Below, one piece after another: positions 61,851-64,000 of a DNA stretch of 64,000 nt. Below the pieces are notes generated by a model. The model was given only the letters and a program-made list of their open reading frames with translations. It searched no databases and was not told the origin of the DNA. The DNA comes from Nitrospirales bacterium (GTDB lineage Bacteria > Nitrospirota > Nitrospiria > Nitrospirales > UBA8639). The position numbers and the translations under genes were made by a program. The stretch spans positions 416,001 to 480,000 of the forward strand of contig CBDBCZ010000015.1 of the NCBI GenBank assembly GCA_965203295.1. The letters are read 5' to 3'. Positions within the stretch are counted from its first letter, which is position 1. Every line of letters begins with the position of its first letter.

Positions 61851-62395
61851 AGAATTTAAGAATTACTAGCCGGGGTTCGGGGATGCAGGGACACGGTTGA
61901 TGTGTAAGTTTAGGTTGGGTACTATTGGTCTAAATGAAGAGTTAAGAAGACATAGGGGTAAACATGATGATATAGGCAGTGGAAGTTACGTGGCAATCAG
62001 GATGATACTGGTGAAATATCTGGTTGCTCTTGCTCTTGTCCTCTGACTGGAGACCTTACAAGCTCCACCTGTGTATGTGGGTGTGTGGTCCATGGCGTAA
62101 GCGCTACGGCAGCAACATGAGTATATTATTAGTAATTATAGACATATACATATTGTGTGTGGATAAGTCTTAAAGTTTCGTAAGCGAGCAAGGTATGTAA
62201 CCTTAGCCTTGTACCCAGGTTCTAATATGAAAGAGTGAAACGTGCACATGGGCCTGGGGATGAGGCTAATGTAACTTCACTTGTTGTGTAATGTACATGT
62301 ACAGGTAATATGTACATGTAGCATCATACATGTACATACGTAGGTGACATGTGTTATTGTATATCCTTTGATGTTGTGATTTTAGTGCAAATGAA

Positions 62396-62789
62396 ATGGA
62401 AAGAAGCACACCTGAGCATTACGTACAGGGATACTGGAGAGAACTTTGCGGTGAACTAGAAATTGATATTCATGCCTGTGAGAAGTGGTGGGGAATTATC
62501 CATGATCACTACTGTGAAGCCTGGCGACACTATCATACCCTTAATCACCTTCAAGACATGCTGAGACATTTGGACCATTGCAAGAAACAGCTGAAGAGTT
62601 CACAAGAAGTAGCGCTTACCATTTTTTTTCATGAGTAAGTGAAATGCATGCTAAAAAGCGCACAATAACAATGGCATTCAATATGTGTCTATTGCTCCTC
62701 ATAGCATCATATACAATCCCAAAGCAAATGATAATGAAGAGCAGAGTGAGTGTCTATTCCGAGAATTTGCAGAGGAGTGCCTATCAAAG
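62396..62789 (+). CDS. HD-superfamily metal-dependent phosphohydrolase (COG4339-type), first two coding exons (62396-62634, 62705-62789); remainder not found in this window
   Basis: WWGIIHDHYCEAWRHYHTLNHL...VALTIFFH-D-IIYNPKANDNEEQS. The HD Asp codon is split by a phase-2 GT-AG intron (GA|C). Confidence 0.85.
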
Positions 62790-63125
62790 GTACGTACATT
62801 ACGCAGTGTGGATTATATAGTCATACGATATACACACATAGTATTATTACATGTATATACGTATTTGTGTAATAAAGTAGCTCCTGTCAATGTGTGAGCT
62901 TTAAAATAAACAGCAAGTGAGGGTATGATAGGCATAATTACCTATAATAGCTGAGTTGTACACATGTAGCTATGTGCTAGCATATTAATTTGGGGGACAT
63001 GTTTCAATTTGTTTGTAAGGACCACTTTTGTGTGATAGTGGTTTGAGCTTTATCAGTCTTGTAAGAGTCATATTATACGTCAGAGGCGCCGGAAGCACTT
63101 TAGCTTTGATCCGGCTGACAAACAC

Positions 63126-63159
63126 TAGCCTCGTTCCCAGACCTATGGGAACGAGGCTA
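63126..63159. mobile_element. TAG...CTA mini-palindrome (Academ-like MITE family member)
   Basis: TAGCCTCGTTCCCA-GACCTA-TGGGAACGAGGCTA with an 8-bp direct repeat ACAAACAC on both sides. Confidence 0.65.
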
Positions 63160-63171
63160 ACAAACACAGCG

Positions 63172-63680
63172 TTGACTAGAAGTCTCTATACCCCGCGGTG
63201 CATAATTCACAACTTGGACCTGGCAGGACTGCAGACTGGGCTGATGGAGTAGTTGGCAAAGTGTACAATCATGTATATAACTGGCCGTGTATCCGCACGC
63301 AGAGTGTACAGCGCACGTGTATGCGTATATATCTGTATATCGTCTTGGAAGTGGTGGGCGTGACTGATTGCCAATATGAACACGTGACCAGAGTCCGTAT
63401 ATGCCCGGCCTCTATCGTATTCTAGTTGTGACCGTATTAAAATGGCAGAATGCACCGTTGTTAAAAAAAAAGAGCTGTAGATACAGCGAATGGAACCGCT
63501 TTGGCGACTATCAGGTACACACCCGGACATTTTTTTTTTTGATTTCAATGTTACTGTCGTGTTTAGCAATCGCTTAACCCTGTAAATCGCGAGATAGCCC
63601 GATTTTTGAGTGGACAGACACCGGATAGACAGAACCAATTGCTTAACCCCGCCGCCGCCTACGCGCCACGGGGTAATAAT
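63172..63680 (-). mobile_element. Helentron/DINE-like non-autonomous element
   Basis: Minus strand TTATTACCCCGTGGCGCGTAGGCGGCGGCGGGGTTA, then a TGTC-rich tract; far end CCGCGGGGTAT plus GACTTCTAGTC hairpin. Confidence 0.55.
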
Positions 63681-64000
63681 AGCAGGCCCCCACGCGAAGC
63701 GCGGAAATTTTTGTAATTGCGCTTTTGAAAAAGGTTAGGAATGGCTCACATGAAGTCTCTGCGAATCATTACTGCCGAAACGTACATGTAGAAGCATTAG
63801 CTCAAACATCCGAAATAATCTCCAAAAGTGAAATACCAGTCGCACAATCCCACGTGGTATACGTATATATATACAGTGTTTAATACGTGGCTAATGCGCT
63901 CGCGCTTCAGCCCCTCCCATTCAATAAAGGGCGGAGCTTCGACGAAAGCCACGTCGTTGTCTCGTGGGCCAGACTTAGCCTCGTTCCCATGCCCGCGACT

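Larger units (their letters stand above)
58740..62130 (+). mobile_element. Degraded LINE (non-LTR retrotransposon ORF2: RT and C-terminus) with two nested insertions
   Basis: WRQGLIVSLYEKGDAEDPGNYRGITLL, EGQAGFREKRSCVDNIFTL, GVAQGCSMSPILFSIF, frameshifted FAD motif. Interrupted by a Ginger element (59098-59832) and an antisense same-family copy (~61405-61850). Confidence 0.9.

Overview
Intron-rich, repeat-dense animal genomic DNA. A non-bilaterian such as a demosponge is inferred from the EGF/SRCR exons and the repeat families; this is not proven. Hand-spliced, phase-consistent gene models: (1) the last two exons of an Ig-domain protein (-); (2) a complete 10-exon membralin/TMEM259-like gene (+, ~633 aa); (3) a complete 18-coding-exon, four-RRM PTBP/hnRNP I gene (-, ~519 aa), tail-to-tail with membralin; (4) the first two coding exons of an HD-superfamily phosphohydrolase (+). 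The window also holds an EGF-EGF-SRCR pseudogene fragment, a disabled multi-exon SENP/Ulp1-like gene, a tRNA-Thr(AGT)-like Pol III unit and many mobile elements. These include LINE fragments, Ginger derivatives, TA-flanked pogo/Tc1-like elements (two with HIRAN-like fragments), Kolobok- and Harbinger-like MITEs, Helitron/Helentron-like elements, TAG...CTA mini-palindromes and a SINE. Top finding: the PTBP gene keeps the exact 34-nt frameshifting exon that vertebrate PTBP1/2 use for autoregulation by alternative splicing and NMD. It comes with a ~117-nt AG-free CU-rich tract, a candidate distant branch point and a PTC on skipping, suggesting this feedback circuit is very ancient. All calls are by eye; no database searches were run.
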